Below, in pieces: positions 9,440 through 18,931 of a stretch of 64,000 bases of DNA. Position 1 is the stretch's first letter. Every line of letters starts with the position of its first letter. Below the pieces are notes generated by a model. The model worked only from the letters and a program-made list of their open reading frames with translations. It had not been told where the DNA came from and did no database searches. Source of the stretch: Puia sp. (GTDB lineage Bacteria > Bacteroidota > Bacteroidia > Chitinophagales > Chitinophagaceae); NCBI GenBank assembly GCA_035499855.1, contig DATJXY010000027.1, positions 7,489-71,488 of the forward strand. The letters run 5' to 3'. Both the position numbers and the translations under genes were made by a program.

Positions 9440-11542
9440 ATGAGAAAATCTTCAACATTAGTAGTCCTCAACTGCCTGCTTCTTATCTTCTCTGATCTTT
9501 CTTTCGCACAAAAAAAAGACCTCAGTTTTGATCAGATATTTAAGGGAGCTTCTTCAGATCTTATCAAGCCACTGCCTACGATAGCTGGATGGCTTGACGA
9601 TGAGCACTATCTGATCAGGCAAAAAAACAATACAAATGGCACCATCAGTGAAATGTCTGTGGATGTAATATCAGGGAAGTCGGTACCATATATCAAACCT
9701 TCCGAACCGACCAATAGAACTCAAGTTGAGCCTCCCTATCGCAATGAAAAAAATAAAACTGCTTCCCCCGACGGCAAATGGATTGCATTTACACGCGATA
9801 ATAATTTATTCATCCGACAAACCGAAACAGGAAAAGAAATCGAACTAACGAAAGATGGTTCTGAAAGTGTATATAACGGTTATGCGGCATGGTTATATTA
9901 TGAAGAAATATTAAACAGGTCTTCCCATTATAAAGCTTTCTGGTGGAGCCCCGATAGCAAGCACATCGCCTACATGCATTTTGATGAATCACTGGTCCCT
10001 GTTTTCCCCATTTTTAATTCAGAAGGGCAACATGGTTCACTCGAAAATCAACACTATCCAAAAGCTGGCGATAAAAATCCGGCAGTGAAGATTGGAATCA
10101 TAAATATTGATGACCTCAATAATATATGGGCTGATTTTGATGAAAAGGATGACCAATATTTTGGAATGCCTTCATGGACCCCTGATGGGGCTTCATTATG
10201 GGTACAGTGGATGCCCCGGAGCCAGGATAATCTAAAGATATATGCGGTAGATCCCGCAAACGGAACTAAGAAAGAAATATATGATGAAAAACAAAAAACA
10301 TGGATTGATTTGGATCTTGACAAAAGGATCATATTTACACCCAGTGGCAAAAAATTTATTTTGAGAAGTGATAAGTCCGGGTGGATGCATTTGTATCTGT
10401 ATAATATGGATGGATCTCTGATAAATCCAATAACTCAGGGAGACTTTAGCGTTACTGATTTGGTCAGGATCGACGAAAAAGAAAAACTGATTTATTTCAA
10501 AGCAAGGAAGGAAAATTCTGCAAGAATTGATTTTTATAAAATAAATATGAATGGAAAGGAATTAATGAGACTGAGTTTCGGAAATTATTCTCACGATTCC
10601 ATCAATTTGTCACCAAATGGAAAATATTTCATTACCACTTTTTCAAACTTGTCTACTCCGCCTAAAATGGCCCTCGTCGACAATAACGGAAAAATAATTC
10701 GGGAATTGAGTGACAGTAAAGATTCTTTATTCAATGAGTATAATCTTAGCAAAACAGAGTTGGTACATGTTAAATCTTCAGATGGTCTTTTTGATTTACC
10801 AATGACCATCACTTATCCCATTCATTTTGATTCTTCCAAAAAATATCCTGTGTTAATCAGTATTTATGGAGGTCCTAATGCAGGTACCGTATACGACAGG
10901 TGGGGTCGGAATTTTCTTACTTCACAATGGTTTGCAAAAGAAGGGTTGATTCAGGTTGCCATGGACAATCGCAGCAGTGGTCATTTTGGAAAAAAGGGTA
11001 TGAATTATATTTACCGTCAGCTGGGAAAATATGAAATTGAAGATTATATGGATTGCGGCCGTTGGTTAAGAACACAATCTTATGTTGACACATCTAAAAT
11101 ATGTATAACAGGCGGAAGTTTTGGAGGGTATATTACATGTATGGCTCTTACTTATGGTGCGGATATCTTTACTCACGGGCTGGCAAATTATTCGGTTACT
11201 GATTGGCGTTTGTATGACACGCATTATACGGAAAGATATATGGACATGCCGGAGGAAAATCCAGAAGGGTATAAAATAACTTCCCCGCAAACATATGTCA
11301 CCAAATACAAAGGATTAATCCGCATTACTCATGGCAATATGGATGATAATGTTCATATGCAAAACAGTATCCAGCTCATTAATAAACTGGAAGACCTTGA
11401 TAAACATTTTGAATTTATGATTTATCCGGGAGGCAGGCATGGATGGGGAGGCCCAAAGGCAATACAATTACGCAATGAAAGCTATCAATTTATTTATGAT
11501 CATTTGCTAAATAAACCAATGCCGGATTTGTTCTGGAAGTAA
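9440..11542 (+). CDS. S9B family dipeptidyl-peptidase IV-like serine peptidase
   Basis: DPPIV N-terminal propeller (YPKAGDKNP), nucleophile GGSFGG, DDNVH, GRHGW; signal peptide from ATG 9440. Confidence 0.9.
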   Translation: MRKSSTLVVLNCLLLIFSDLSFAQKKDLSFDQIFKGASSDLIKPLPTIAGWLDDEHYLIRQKNNTNGTISEMSVDVISGKSVPYIKPSEPTNRTQVEPPYRNEKNKTASPDGKWIAFTRDNNLFIRQTETGKEIELTKDGSESVYNGYAAWLYYEEILNRSSHYKAFWWSPDSKHIAYMHFDESLVPVFPIFNSEGQHGSLENQHYPKAGDKNPAVKIGIINIDDLNNIWADFDEKDDQYFGMPSWTPDGASLWVQWMPRSQDNLKIYAVDPANGTKKEIYDEKQKTWIDLDLDKRIIFTPSGKKFILRSDKSGWMHLYLYNMDGSLINPITQGDFSVTDLVRIDEKEKLIYFKARKENSARIDFYKINMNGKELMRLSFGNYSHDSINLSPNGKYFITTFSNLSTPPKMALVDNNGKIIRELSDSKDSLFNEYNLSKTELVHVKSSDGLFDLPMTITYPIHFDSSKKYPVLISIYGGPNAGTVYDRWGRNFLTSQWFAKEGLIQVAMDNRSSGHFGKKGMNYIYRQLGKYEIEDYMDCGRWLRTQSYVDTSKICITGGSFGGYITCMALTYGADIFTHGLANYSVTDWRLYDTHYTERYMDMPEENPEGYKITSPQTYVTKYKGLIRITHGNMDDNVHMQNSIQLINKLEDLDKHFEFMIYPGGRHGWGGPKAIQLRNESYQFIYDHLLNKPMPDLFWK

Positions 11543-11550
11543 AAGCTGAT

Positions 11551-11583
11551 ATACGAATATGCAAATTTGCAAGATGTGCAAAT
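11551..11583. repeat. octamer tandem array (RTGCRAAT type)
   Basis: ATACGAAT ATGCAAAT TTGCAAGA T GTGCAAAT; same unit as 63721-63797. Confidence 0.6.
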
Positions 11584-11630
11584 AATTATCAATTCCTGAA
11601 AAAATTTAGTGATTGCATGTTTACAGGTTG

Positions 11631-12080
11631 CTAAAACTTTCTGATCAAAAAAACGCCGACAATTAACAGGATTGCACCTGCAATTTTCCCAACAGAAATT
11701 TCACGTATACTTATTCCTAACCAACCGAAATGATCGAAAAGCATGGCGATCATCATCTGCCCTGCTATAACCAGACTAAAAGACAAAGCAACACCCAGCC
11801 GTGGTACCAATACAACAATACCTGCCACATAAAAAGTGCCCAGCAATCCGCCAATCCATATCCACCAGGGAGATTGACGGAATGGAATATCCTGGAAATG
11901 AATTTGTCGGGAGATGAGCAAATAAAAAAATAATGCAATAGTTCCCACTCCGAAAGAAATAAATGCCGTAACAATTGAACTACTAACGACCCTGGATAAA
12001 CGAGCATTGATGATCGCTTGTATGGGAAGCAATGCACCCAATACGAGGGCCATGATGATAAAAAGAAAACGGGGCTGCAT
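11631..12080 (-). CDS. DMT family transporter (YdcZ/DUF606-like)
   Basis: GALLPIQAIINARL; WWIWIGGLLG; AGQMMIAMLFDHFGWLG. Confidence 0.88.
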   Translation of the reverse strand: MQPRFLFIIMALVLGALLPIQAIINARLSRVVSSSIVTAFISFGVGTIALFFYLLISRQIHFQDIPFRQSPWWIWIGGLLGTFYVAGIVVLVPRLGVALSFSLVIAGQMMIAMLFDHFGWLGISIREISVGKIAGAILLIVGVFLIRKF

Positions 12081-12151
12081 AATCAGAATTTAGTTTGGTA
12101 CATAATAAAAGCCTGAATTCAATCGGAAATTTCATCCGCTATGGAAATAAA

Positions 12152-12180
12152 TAAAGGGACTGTTTATGACAATCCCTTTC
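12152..12180 (-). terminator. intrinsic terminator after the dksA-like gene
   Basis: AAAGGGA-C-TGT-loop-ACA-A-TCCCTTT stem with A/T-rich tail on minus strand. Confidence 0.55.
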
Positions 12181-12206
12181 TCAATATTATAACCTTGCAA
12201 TGATTC

Positions 12207-13034
12207 TTATCGATTCATAGTCTGTTTTGCCTCAATACTCAATGTAGCATGGGGCACAGCTTTTAACCTTGCTTTGTCTATCAGTTTACCAGTTACCCTG
12301 CATATCCCGTAAGTTTTATTTTCAATTCTCATCAGGGCTTTTTCCAGGTGATCGATGAAAGTAATTTGCCGACTTGCCATTTGACTCAGCTGCTCACGCT
12401 CCATGCTCATACTTCCATCTTCCATGGTCATGTAGCGATTATCTGTATCATCACCTCCCATTTCATCTTTGCGCGTGATCAGCCCCTGCAAATAGGCCAA
12501 TTCCTTTTTTGCTGCATCTAATTTTTTCATAATCAAATCCTTGAACTCAGCGAGTTCTGCATCACTATATCTCATTGTTGGCCCGGTTTGTTCTTGTTGA
12601 TATGTATCTAAAACTGATTTCGTAAATTCTGGTTCATACTTGCGCACAGTCTTTGTTCTGATTTCAGGCATAACTACCTTCACCGGCTTTACAGCCTGTA
12701 CTGGTTTCTTAGCCTCCGACTTTACAGTTGCGCCTGTATGTACGGCCTTAACTTCAGGTTTGGAATGATCGTGTTTTTTTATGTCCACTTTGGTCGGTAT
12801 TTGTTTGTTAGAGCCCTTGATATTAGAAACCGGCGCTGTTTTTTTAGCAATTGCTTTGACAGAATCTGTTTTCTTGACAACATGTTGCTTCTTGGATGCT
12901 GGTTTTGCCCCTTTCTTTAGCGTAACTTTTTTAATAGGCTTTTTGGCAGGCGCAGCTTTTTTAGCCGCAGGTTTTACAGCTTTTTTAGATGTAACTTTTT
13001 TAGCGGGTTTTGCCGCTTTCTTCTTGGTTGCCAT
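12207..13034 (-). CDS. TraR/DksA family regulator with Lys/Ala/Pro-rich N-terminal extension
   Basis: C-terminal LEKALMRIENKTYGICRVTGKLIDKARLKAVPHATLS; start at MATKKKAAK. Confidence 0.85.
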   Translation of the reverse strand: MATKKKAAKPAKKVTSKKAVKPAAKKAAPAKKPIKKVTLKKGAKPASKKQHVVKKTDSVKAIAKKTAPVSNIKGSNKQIPTKVDIKKHDHSKPEVKAVHTGATVKSEAKKPVQAVKPVKVVMPEIRTKTVRKYEPEFTKSVLDTYQQEQTGPTMRYSDAELAEFKDLIMKKLDAAKKELAYLQGLITRKDEMGGDDTDNRYMTMEDGSMSMEREQLSQMASRQITFIDHLEKALMRIENKTYGICRVTGKLIDKARLKAVPHATLSIEAKQTMNR

Positions 13035-13038
13035 ACTG

Positions 13039-16000
13039 TTAGGCTTTTTTTGTGACAAAGACTTTTAAGGGAACATCATTCACTTCAATTTCAGTGCCAT
13101 TAGCTATTTCGGGTACTAACTCCAGCTTATCTGCCAAAATTTCGGCGCAAATATAGTGATTATATTGTGTTATTGATTCTTTAAGTTCAGCAGCTTCTGC
13201 AATTTTTACCAGGATTCTGTCTGTCAGCTCATATCCGTTATCTTTCCTAATTTTTTGTATCCTATTCACCAGTTCTCTCGCGTTCCCTTCGTTTTCAAGT
13301 TCCGGTGTCACTTTTATATCCAATGCCACGGTAAGATTACCTTTAGTAGCTACCATCCAGCCAGGGATATCCTCACTGGTAATTTCCACTTCCTGTATTT
13401 GTAATATTAACGGGTCATCATCAATCAGCAAACTGAACTGACCTTCTTTTTCAAATTTTATTATATCAGATTGAGTAAAATCATTCAGAGCTGAGGAAAC
13501 CAATTTCATTTTTGGACCAAGTTTCTTTCCAAGCACAACGAAATTGGGTTTTATTTTTTTCTTGATAAAGCCATCCGTTTCTGTCAGATATTCCAATTCC
13601 TTTACATTCACTTCCGTCTTGATAAGATCCTCCACATTTTTTAATTGTTCTTTCATCGAAGGATTCAGCACAGGAATCAAAACTTTTTGCAGAGGCTGAC
13701 GGACTTTAATATTTACTTTTTTTCTCAGTGATAAGATCAGGGATGCAGCATCCTGAGCCAATTGCATTCTTTCTTCCAGTGCCTTATCAATTGCTTTATC
13801 TTTCTCAACCGGAAAATCAGTATGATGAATTGATTCAGCAGAAATTCTGTTAGTTACCTGGTTTAGATTTCCGAATAACCAGTCGGCGAAAAATGGAGAG
13901 ACCGGCGCAATCAAACCCGCAATTGTTTCAAGGCATTCATACAAAGTTTGATATGCACATAATTTGTCATGACCATAGTCTCCTTTCCAAAAACGACGCC
14001 GGCAAAGACGGACATACCAGTTGCTCAAATGCTCATCTACAAAATCTTCAATGAGTCTTCCTCCGATAGTCGGTTCATAATCATCAAAACTATCTCTTAC
14101 CTTTTTCACCAGACTATTCAGTGAGGAAAGTATCCAGCGATCAATTTCAGGCCTTTCATTCAAAGGAATAAATGTTTCTCTGAAAGAAAATCCGTCGACA
14201 TTGGCATATAGAGCAAAGAATTGATACGTATTGTAAAGGGTCCCAAAAAATTTTCTTTGTACTTCTTTAATTCCATCCAGGTCAAATTTCATGCTTTCCC
14301 ATGGAGAAGCATTCGTAATCAGATACCATCTTGTAGCATCAGCTCCAAATTTTTCAATTGTCTGAAATGGATCCACAACATTTCCAACACGCTTGCTCAT
14401 CTTGTTTCCATTCTTATCCAATACCAACCCGTTCGACACACAGGTTTTATACGCAACACTATCAAATAACATTACTGCAATCGCATGTAAAGTATAAAAC
14501 CATCCTCTTGTCTGATCCACTCCTTCTGCTATAAAATCAGCGGGAAAATTTTTTTCAAATGTTTCCTTGTTCTCAAATGGAAAATGCCATTGCGCATAGG
14601 GCATTGCGCCTGAATCAAACCACACATCAATGAGATCAGGAACTCTTGTCATTTTTTTTCCGTTCTCACTTACCAAAATAATTTCATCCACATATGGCTT
14701 ATGAAGATCCAGTTCAAAGCCTGAATCAGCTTCAACCATTTTCTGATTGATATCGGTCCCTAATATCTGATTCGCTTTTTTTGCTTCCATTATTAACTCA
14801 TTGATTGAGCCAATACATTTTTCTTCACTACCATCTTCCGTTCTCCATACCGGTAAGGGAGTTCCCCAAAAACGGCTTCGACTCAGATTCCAATCAACCA
14901 TATTTTCAAGCCAGTTTCCAAATCGGCCTTCGCCCGTGGAAGCAGGTTTCCAATTAATCGTTTTGTTTAACTCGACCATTCTGTCTTTTAATGCTGTGGT
15001 CTTAATGAACCATGCATCGAGTGGGTAATATAGAATCGGCTTATCAGTACGCCAGCAGTGGGGATAGTTATGTTCGTATTTTTCAATTTTGAAAGCACGA
15101 TTTTCTTTTTTCAGCTTTACGCATATGTCGACATTCACGTCTACATAAGCAGGATCATCTTTATAATTCTTCACATAACGATTGCTGAATTCACCTAACC
15201 CATTTATAAATTTTCCCTGCTTATCAACCATGATCAGGATACCTAAATTATATTTCTTTCCGACTTTAAAGTCATCCGCACCAAATGCAGGAGCTGTATG
15301 CACAATACCGGTACCATCTTCTGTGGTCACAAAATCACCGACAATTACACGGAATGGATCTGCATCTGGAGTCTGTGATTGTATCTTTTCAAGAGAATTT
15401 GATTCAAAAGATAGTAATTGTTCGTAGCGGCAATCTTCTATTTCCTTTCCTTTAAACTCAATCTCTAATTTCCAGGGAAGTATTTTTGATTCAGGGAAAT
15501 AAGCATTGAAATCTCCATTCTCTCCTTCCTTTCTGAAATATCTCTCAACTAAAGATTTTGCAAGAACAACATGAATAGGAAGATGGGTATATGGATTGAA
15601 TGTTTTTATCAATACATAATCAATATTGGCACCAACCGTCAACCCTAAATTAGAAGGGAGGGTCCAGGGAGTAGTAGTCCATGCAAGGAAGAAAACCTCA
15701 TCTGATTTCGCTGCATTAAAGAGAAATTTACTTTTTTCATTCTTTATTGCTTTAAACATAGCGATGCAGCTGGTATCCTTTACATCTTTATACGTTCCAG
15801 GCTGGTTAAGTTCATGAGAACTAAGTCCGGTTCCTGCAGCCGGCGAATAGGGCTGGATGCTTACACTTTCATATAATAAACCTCTTGAATAGAGCTCCTT
15901 CAATAACCACCAAAGTGTTTCAATGTATTTATTATTAAAAGTTATATAAGGATCCTTCAAATCGACCCAGTAACCCATTTTATTTGTAAGATCATCCCAT

Positions 16001-16395
16001 TTGTCTTTATACCTGAGTACTGCCTCACGACATTTTCGATTATATTCCTCAACCGAAATCTTTTTACCAATATCTTCTTTAGTAATGCCCAATTCCTTTT
16101 CAACACCTAATTCTATTGGTAAACCGTGTGTATCCCAGCCACCCTTCCGCTTTACCTGAAAACCGCGCATAGTTTTATAGCGGCAAACCAGATCTTTCAG
16201 TGCACGACTGATAACATGATGAATACCAGGCATTCCATTGGCACTCGGGGGTCCTTCATAAAAAACAAAAGAAGGAGCGCCTTCTCTTATCGAAATGCTT
16301 TTTTCAAATGCTTTTTTGCCTTCCCATCGATTAAGCAAATCCCTGCCTATTCCAGGCAAATCCAATTGTTGATATTCCTTATATTTTCCAGGCAT
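13039..16395 (-). CDS. ileS: isoleucine--tRNA ligase (type 2)
   Basis: EGPPSANGMPGIHH, WTTTPWTLPSN, KMSKR motifs. Confidence 0.98.
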   Translation of the reverse strand: MPGKYKEYQQLDLPGIGRDLLNRWEGKKAFEKSISIREGAPSFVFYEGPPSANGMPGIHHVISRALKDLVCRYKTMRGFQVKRKGGWDTHGLPIELGVEKELGITKEDIGKKISVEEYNRKCREAVLRYKDKWDDLTNKMGYWVDLKDPYITFNNKYIETLWWLLKELYSRGLLYESVSIQPYSPAAGTGLSSHELNQPGTYKDVKDTSCIAMFKAIKNEKSKFLFNAAKSDEVFFLAWTTTPWTLPSNLGLTVGANIDYVLIKTFNPYTHLPIHVVLAKSLVERYFRKEGENGDFNAYFPESKILPWKLEIEFKGKEIEDCRYEQLLSFESNSLEKIQSQTPDADPFRVIVGDFVTTEDGTGIVHTAPAFGADDFKVGKKYNLGILIMVDKQGKFINGLGEFSNRYVKNYKDDPAYVDVNVDICVKLKKENRAFKIEKYEHNYPHCWRTDKPILYYPLDAWFIKTTALKDRMVELNKTINWKPASTGEGRFGNWLENMVDWNLSRSRFWGTPLPVWRTEDGSEEKCIGSINELIMEAKKANQILGTDINQKMVEADSGFELDLHKPYVDEIILVSENGKKMTRVPDLIDVWFDSGAMPYAQWHFPFENKETFEKNFPADFIAEGVDQTRGWFYTLHAIAVMLFDSVAYKTCVSNGLVLDKNGNKMSKRVGNVVDPFQTIEKFGADATRWYLITNASPWESMKFDLDGIKEVQRKFFGTLYNTYQFFALYANVDGFSFRETFIPLNERPEIDRWILSSLNSLVKKVRDSFDDYEPTIGGRLIEDFVDEHLSNWYVRLCRRRFWKGDYGHDKLCAYQTLYECLETIAGLIAPVSPFFADWLFGNLNQVTNRISAESIHHTDFPVEKDKAIDKALEERMQLAQDAASLILSLRKKVNIKVRQPLQKVLIPVLNPSMKEQLKNVEDLIKTEVNVKELEYLTETDGFIKKKIKPNFVVLGKKLGPKMKLVSSALNDFTQSDIIKFEKEGQFSLLIDDDPLILQIQEVEITSEDIPGWMVATKGNLTVALDIKVTPELENEGNARELVNRIQKIRKDNGYELTDRILVKIAEAAELKESITQYNHYICAEILADKLELVPEIANGTEIEVNDVPLKVFVTKKA

Positions 16396-16730
16396 GAATC
16401 AAATCAATTATATAGACGCATTAATTATATCCTAGCTTAAAATAGTTTGTAAAAATTGAAGAAACCGTCTTAAAAATGGGTGCAAATTTACGGGAAAATG
16501 AGAGCTTATCAGAATATAAAAATCTCGGCTTTATGATTTAGCAACCTCCTTGATAATGTAATTTTTGAAAAGATTCGTCATTAAACATCAAATTTTTATG
16601 AATTAAAAAAATCAGGTAAATGGTTCCACTTATATGAAAAGTTTTAATCCTTTCAGCGCTCTGTTAAAGTTTGGTCAAAAATTAAATATTTTACCGTGAT
16701 GGCGCTGCTTTTTTCCACAATTTCCCGCTT

Positions 16731-16745
16731 TGGCATAGTTTGTGT
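16731..16745 (+). promoter_or_regulatory. possible sigma54-like -24/-12 promoter (degenerate -12)
   Basis: TGGCATAGTTTGTGT = GG-N10-GT. Confidence 0.3.
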
Positions 16746-16756
16746 CTTTTATTTGA

Positions 16757-16960
16757 CTACAAGCTGTTTGTATATTTTTAGAATAAGATATTGATTTTTA
16801 ATCCTTTGCAAAACAGACGGTCATAACAGCATTTATTTTTAAGAATTGTTGCGTTTGAGGACGCTAAATATATTTCACTGGTTTACATGAAAAAGTCTTT
16901 TCTACGGTTTAGGGTTTAGGGGTTAAAAAGGGGGGTATTCCTACTCCCCTTCCTTTTATT
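16757..16960 (+). ncRNA. candidate sRNA A
   Basis: No convincing ORF; sigma54-like site upstream; GGTTTAGGGTTTAGGGGTT tract; terminator-like hairpin 16930-16949 with pyrimidine tail. Confidence 0.35.
16926..16960 (+). terminator. terminator-like hairpin
   Basis: GGGGGGTA-TTCC-TACTCCCC followed by TTCCTTTTATT. Confidence 0.5.
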
Positions 16961-17126
16961 CTTAGGCCATTCTTACCTTATCTTATTCAAAAGTCCGGAC
17001 CATCCCGTTTTTAATCTCTTTATTGCCTTAGAAAAACCTATAAGATACATCGGTAAAATTTACCAATGTCCGGAATTACCTGTAAAAACCAGTTTCCGAA
17101 AGACCACCTTTTTGCCCCTTATTGAT

Positions 17127-17160
17127 AAAAAGCCTCCTTGGTTAGGAGGTTTTTTATTTT
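17127..17160. terminator. bidirectional intrinsic terminator downstream of hemJ
   Basis: AAAAA-GCCTCCT-TGGTT-AGGAGGT-TTTTT. Confidence 0.8.
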
Positions 17161-17200
17161 ATAAGACAAATTTTTGCTATAGAATTTGAGAGAATAATAA

Positions 17201-17728
17201 TTATTTATCGGACCTTATCCGCTTGTATATCCTGATAGCAGTCATCAAAACGATCATAAGCGCAAGTAATCCTACAATTCCCCATAGCCAACCCAGGGCT
17301 TGTTTGACAGAAACGATAAATACAATTGCAAAAAGGAAAATAGTAGCTATTTCATTCCATATCCGAAGCTGCTGAGAGGTAAATCTGAAAATACCTATCA
17401 TCTGTTGTCTGTAAATGCTATGCAATGACAAATGATAAAGATAAAGACCAGCTACAAAAATCAATTTAACAATCAGCCACTGCGGCAAAACTCCTAAAAG
17501 ATACCACATCCAGGATCCAAAAACGAGGGTCAGAATTGCTGAAGGCCAGGTAATCCCCAGCCATAATCTCCTGATCATGATCTGAAACTGGGAATGAAGT
17601 ACTATCCTTTGTGACTCCTCTTTTTCTTCTGCTTCTGTATTATAAATAAACAAGCGGACTATATAAAATAAACCGCTAAACCAGGTCACAATGAAAATGA
17701 TATGAAGTGCTTTAATGTAATTATACAT
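17201..17728 (-). CDS. hemJ: protoporphyrinogen IX oxidase, HemJ (CopD-like) family
   Basis: YIKALHIIFIVTWFSGLFYIVRLF...LRIWNEIAT; adjacent to hemH. Confidence 0.88.
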   Translation of the reverse strand: MYNYIKALHIIFIVTWFSGLFYIVRLFIYNTEAEEKEESQRIVLHSQFQIMIRRLWLGITWPSAILTLVFGSWMWYLLGVLPQWLIVKLIFVAGLYLYHLSLHSIYRQQMIGIFRFTSQQLRIWNEIATIFLFAIVFIVSVKQALGWLWGIVGLLALMIVLMTAIRIYKRIRSDK

Positions 17729-17782
17729 CTTCTTATAATTTACCCCCGGGATGCTTTAGAATTTTTCAATCGAAAATTGTTT

Positions 17783-18841
17783 TCATTTATTTACCAGTTC
17801 CATCGATCTTTCGCCCATGTCATATTCGTTAATCCAATTTCCAATAACGCTCACCCATAGCGGATTTAAATTCAGGCAAGGTATCATTGTAAATTTTTCA
17901 CCTCCGGCTGTAAGAAAACTTTCTTTACCGCGAATTGCTATTTCTTCCAGAGTTTCCAGGCAATCGCTGACAAAAGCAGGACAGATAATCAGCAGTTTTT
18001 TAATTCCTTCTTTCGGCATTTCCACAAGACGAAAATCTGTATATGGTTTTAGCCATTCTTCTCTTCCCAGTCTTGACTGAAAAGAATAGCTGAATTTTTG
18101 ATCGGGGATATTCAATCTTTTTGTAACTAAATATGTTGTTTGCAGACACTGATGCCTGTAGCAACGGTCATGTGCATACGAATTTACAGAACAACAATCA
18201 TTTATTTGAAGGCAATGTGCACCGGTAATATCAGTTTTTCTCAAATGCCTTTCCGGAATTCCATGATAGCTGAATAGAATATGATCATACTCCTCCTTGA
18301 GATAGGGCCTGATATGTTCGCTCAATGCTTCTATATACTCTCCATTATTATAATAAGGTTTTATAAATGTGAGCTTAAATTGATATTTATTTTTTCTGTG
18401 AATTTCTCTGGCATGTTCAACAACTGTTTCGAAGGATGACATTGCATACTGAGGGTACAAAGGCACGGCAATCACTTCTTCCAGTTCAGGCAATTTCTCC
18501 AATAATTTTTCATAAGCTGCTTCCATGGAAGGGTTTCCATACCGCATTGCAATTTCTACCGGCTCAACAAGAATTTTCTGCAAAGAATCCTTTAATCCCC
18601 TGCTAAACACAATCAGCGGAGACCCTTCATTTGTCCAAATAGTTTTATATGCTTCTGCTGATTTTGCAGCTCTGAAAGGAACGATTATTCCGCCTACCAA
18701 TATCTTTCTGAACAGATAGGGATAATCAATTACCCTTTTATCCATCAGGAACTGTATCAAATACCGGTGAACATCGCTCACTTTAGTTGAATCCGGAGAA
18801 CCTAAATTCATCAAAATAATTCCACGCTTTGAAATAGTCAT
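17783..18841 (-). CDS. hemH: ferrochelatase
   Basis: LMNLGSPDS, MRYGNPS, PLYPQYAMSS, FSYHGIPERH, FVSDCLETLEE. Confidence 0.97.
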   Translation of the reverse strand: MTISKRGIILMNLGSPDSTKVSDVHRYLIQFLMDKRVIDYPYLFRKILVGGIIVPFRAAKSAEAYKTIWTNEGSPLIVFSRGLKDSLQKILVEPVEIAMRYGNPSMEAAYEKLLEKLPELEEVIAVPLYPQYAMSSFETVVEHAREIHRKNKYQFKLTFIKPYYNNGEYIEALSEHIRPYLKEEYDHILFSYHGIPERHLRKTDITGAHCLQINDCCSVNSYAHDRCYRHQCLQTTYLVTKRLNIPDQKFSYSFQSRLGREEWLKPYTDFRLVEMPKEGIKKLLIICPAFVSDCLETLEEIAIRGKESFLTAGGEKFTMIPCLNLNPLWVSVIGNWINEYDMGERSMELVNK

Positions 18842-18856
18842 AATCTTGCAAAAGTA

Positions 18857-18931
18857 ATGACTACAATCACCCAAAGATCATATTGTTGTTCCGCACTGAT
18901 TGTAATCAATATCAGGCCTGATGAGTATCAT
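18857..18931. promoter_or_regulatory. three FNR/Crp-like boxes in the hemH/hemA divergent promoter
   Basis: ATGAC-TACA-ATCAC (18857), CTGAT-TGTA-ATCAA (18896), CTGAT-GAGT-ATCAT (18918) versus TTGAT-N4-ATCAA. Confidence 0.5.

Noticed and set aside
16396-16500. T-box or other leader riboswitch upstream of ileS
   Set aside because: The TAAATTTG promoter is under 90 nt from the ATG and no T-box consensus is present.
16634-16794. Two coupled short ORFs (21 and 31 aa, TGATG overlap)
   Set aside because: No recognisable motif; this length is expected by chance in AT-rich DNA; the second overlaps the putative promoter.
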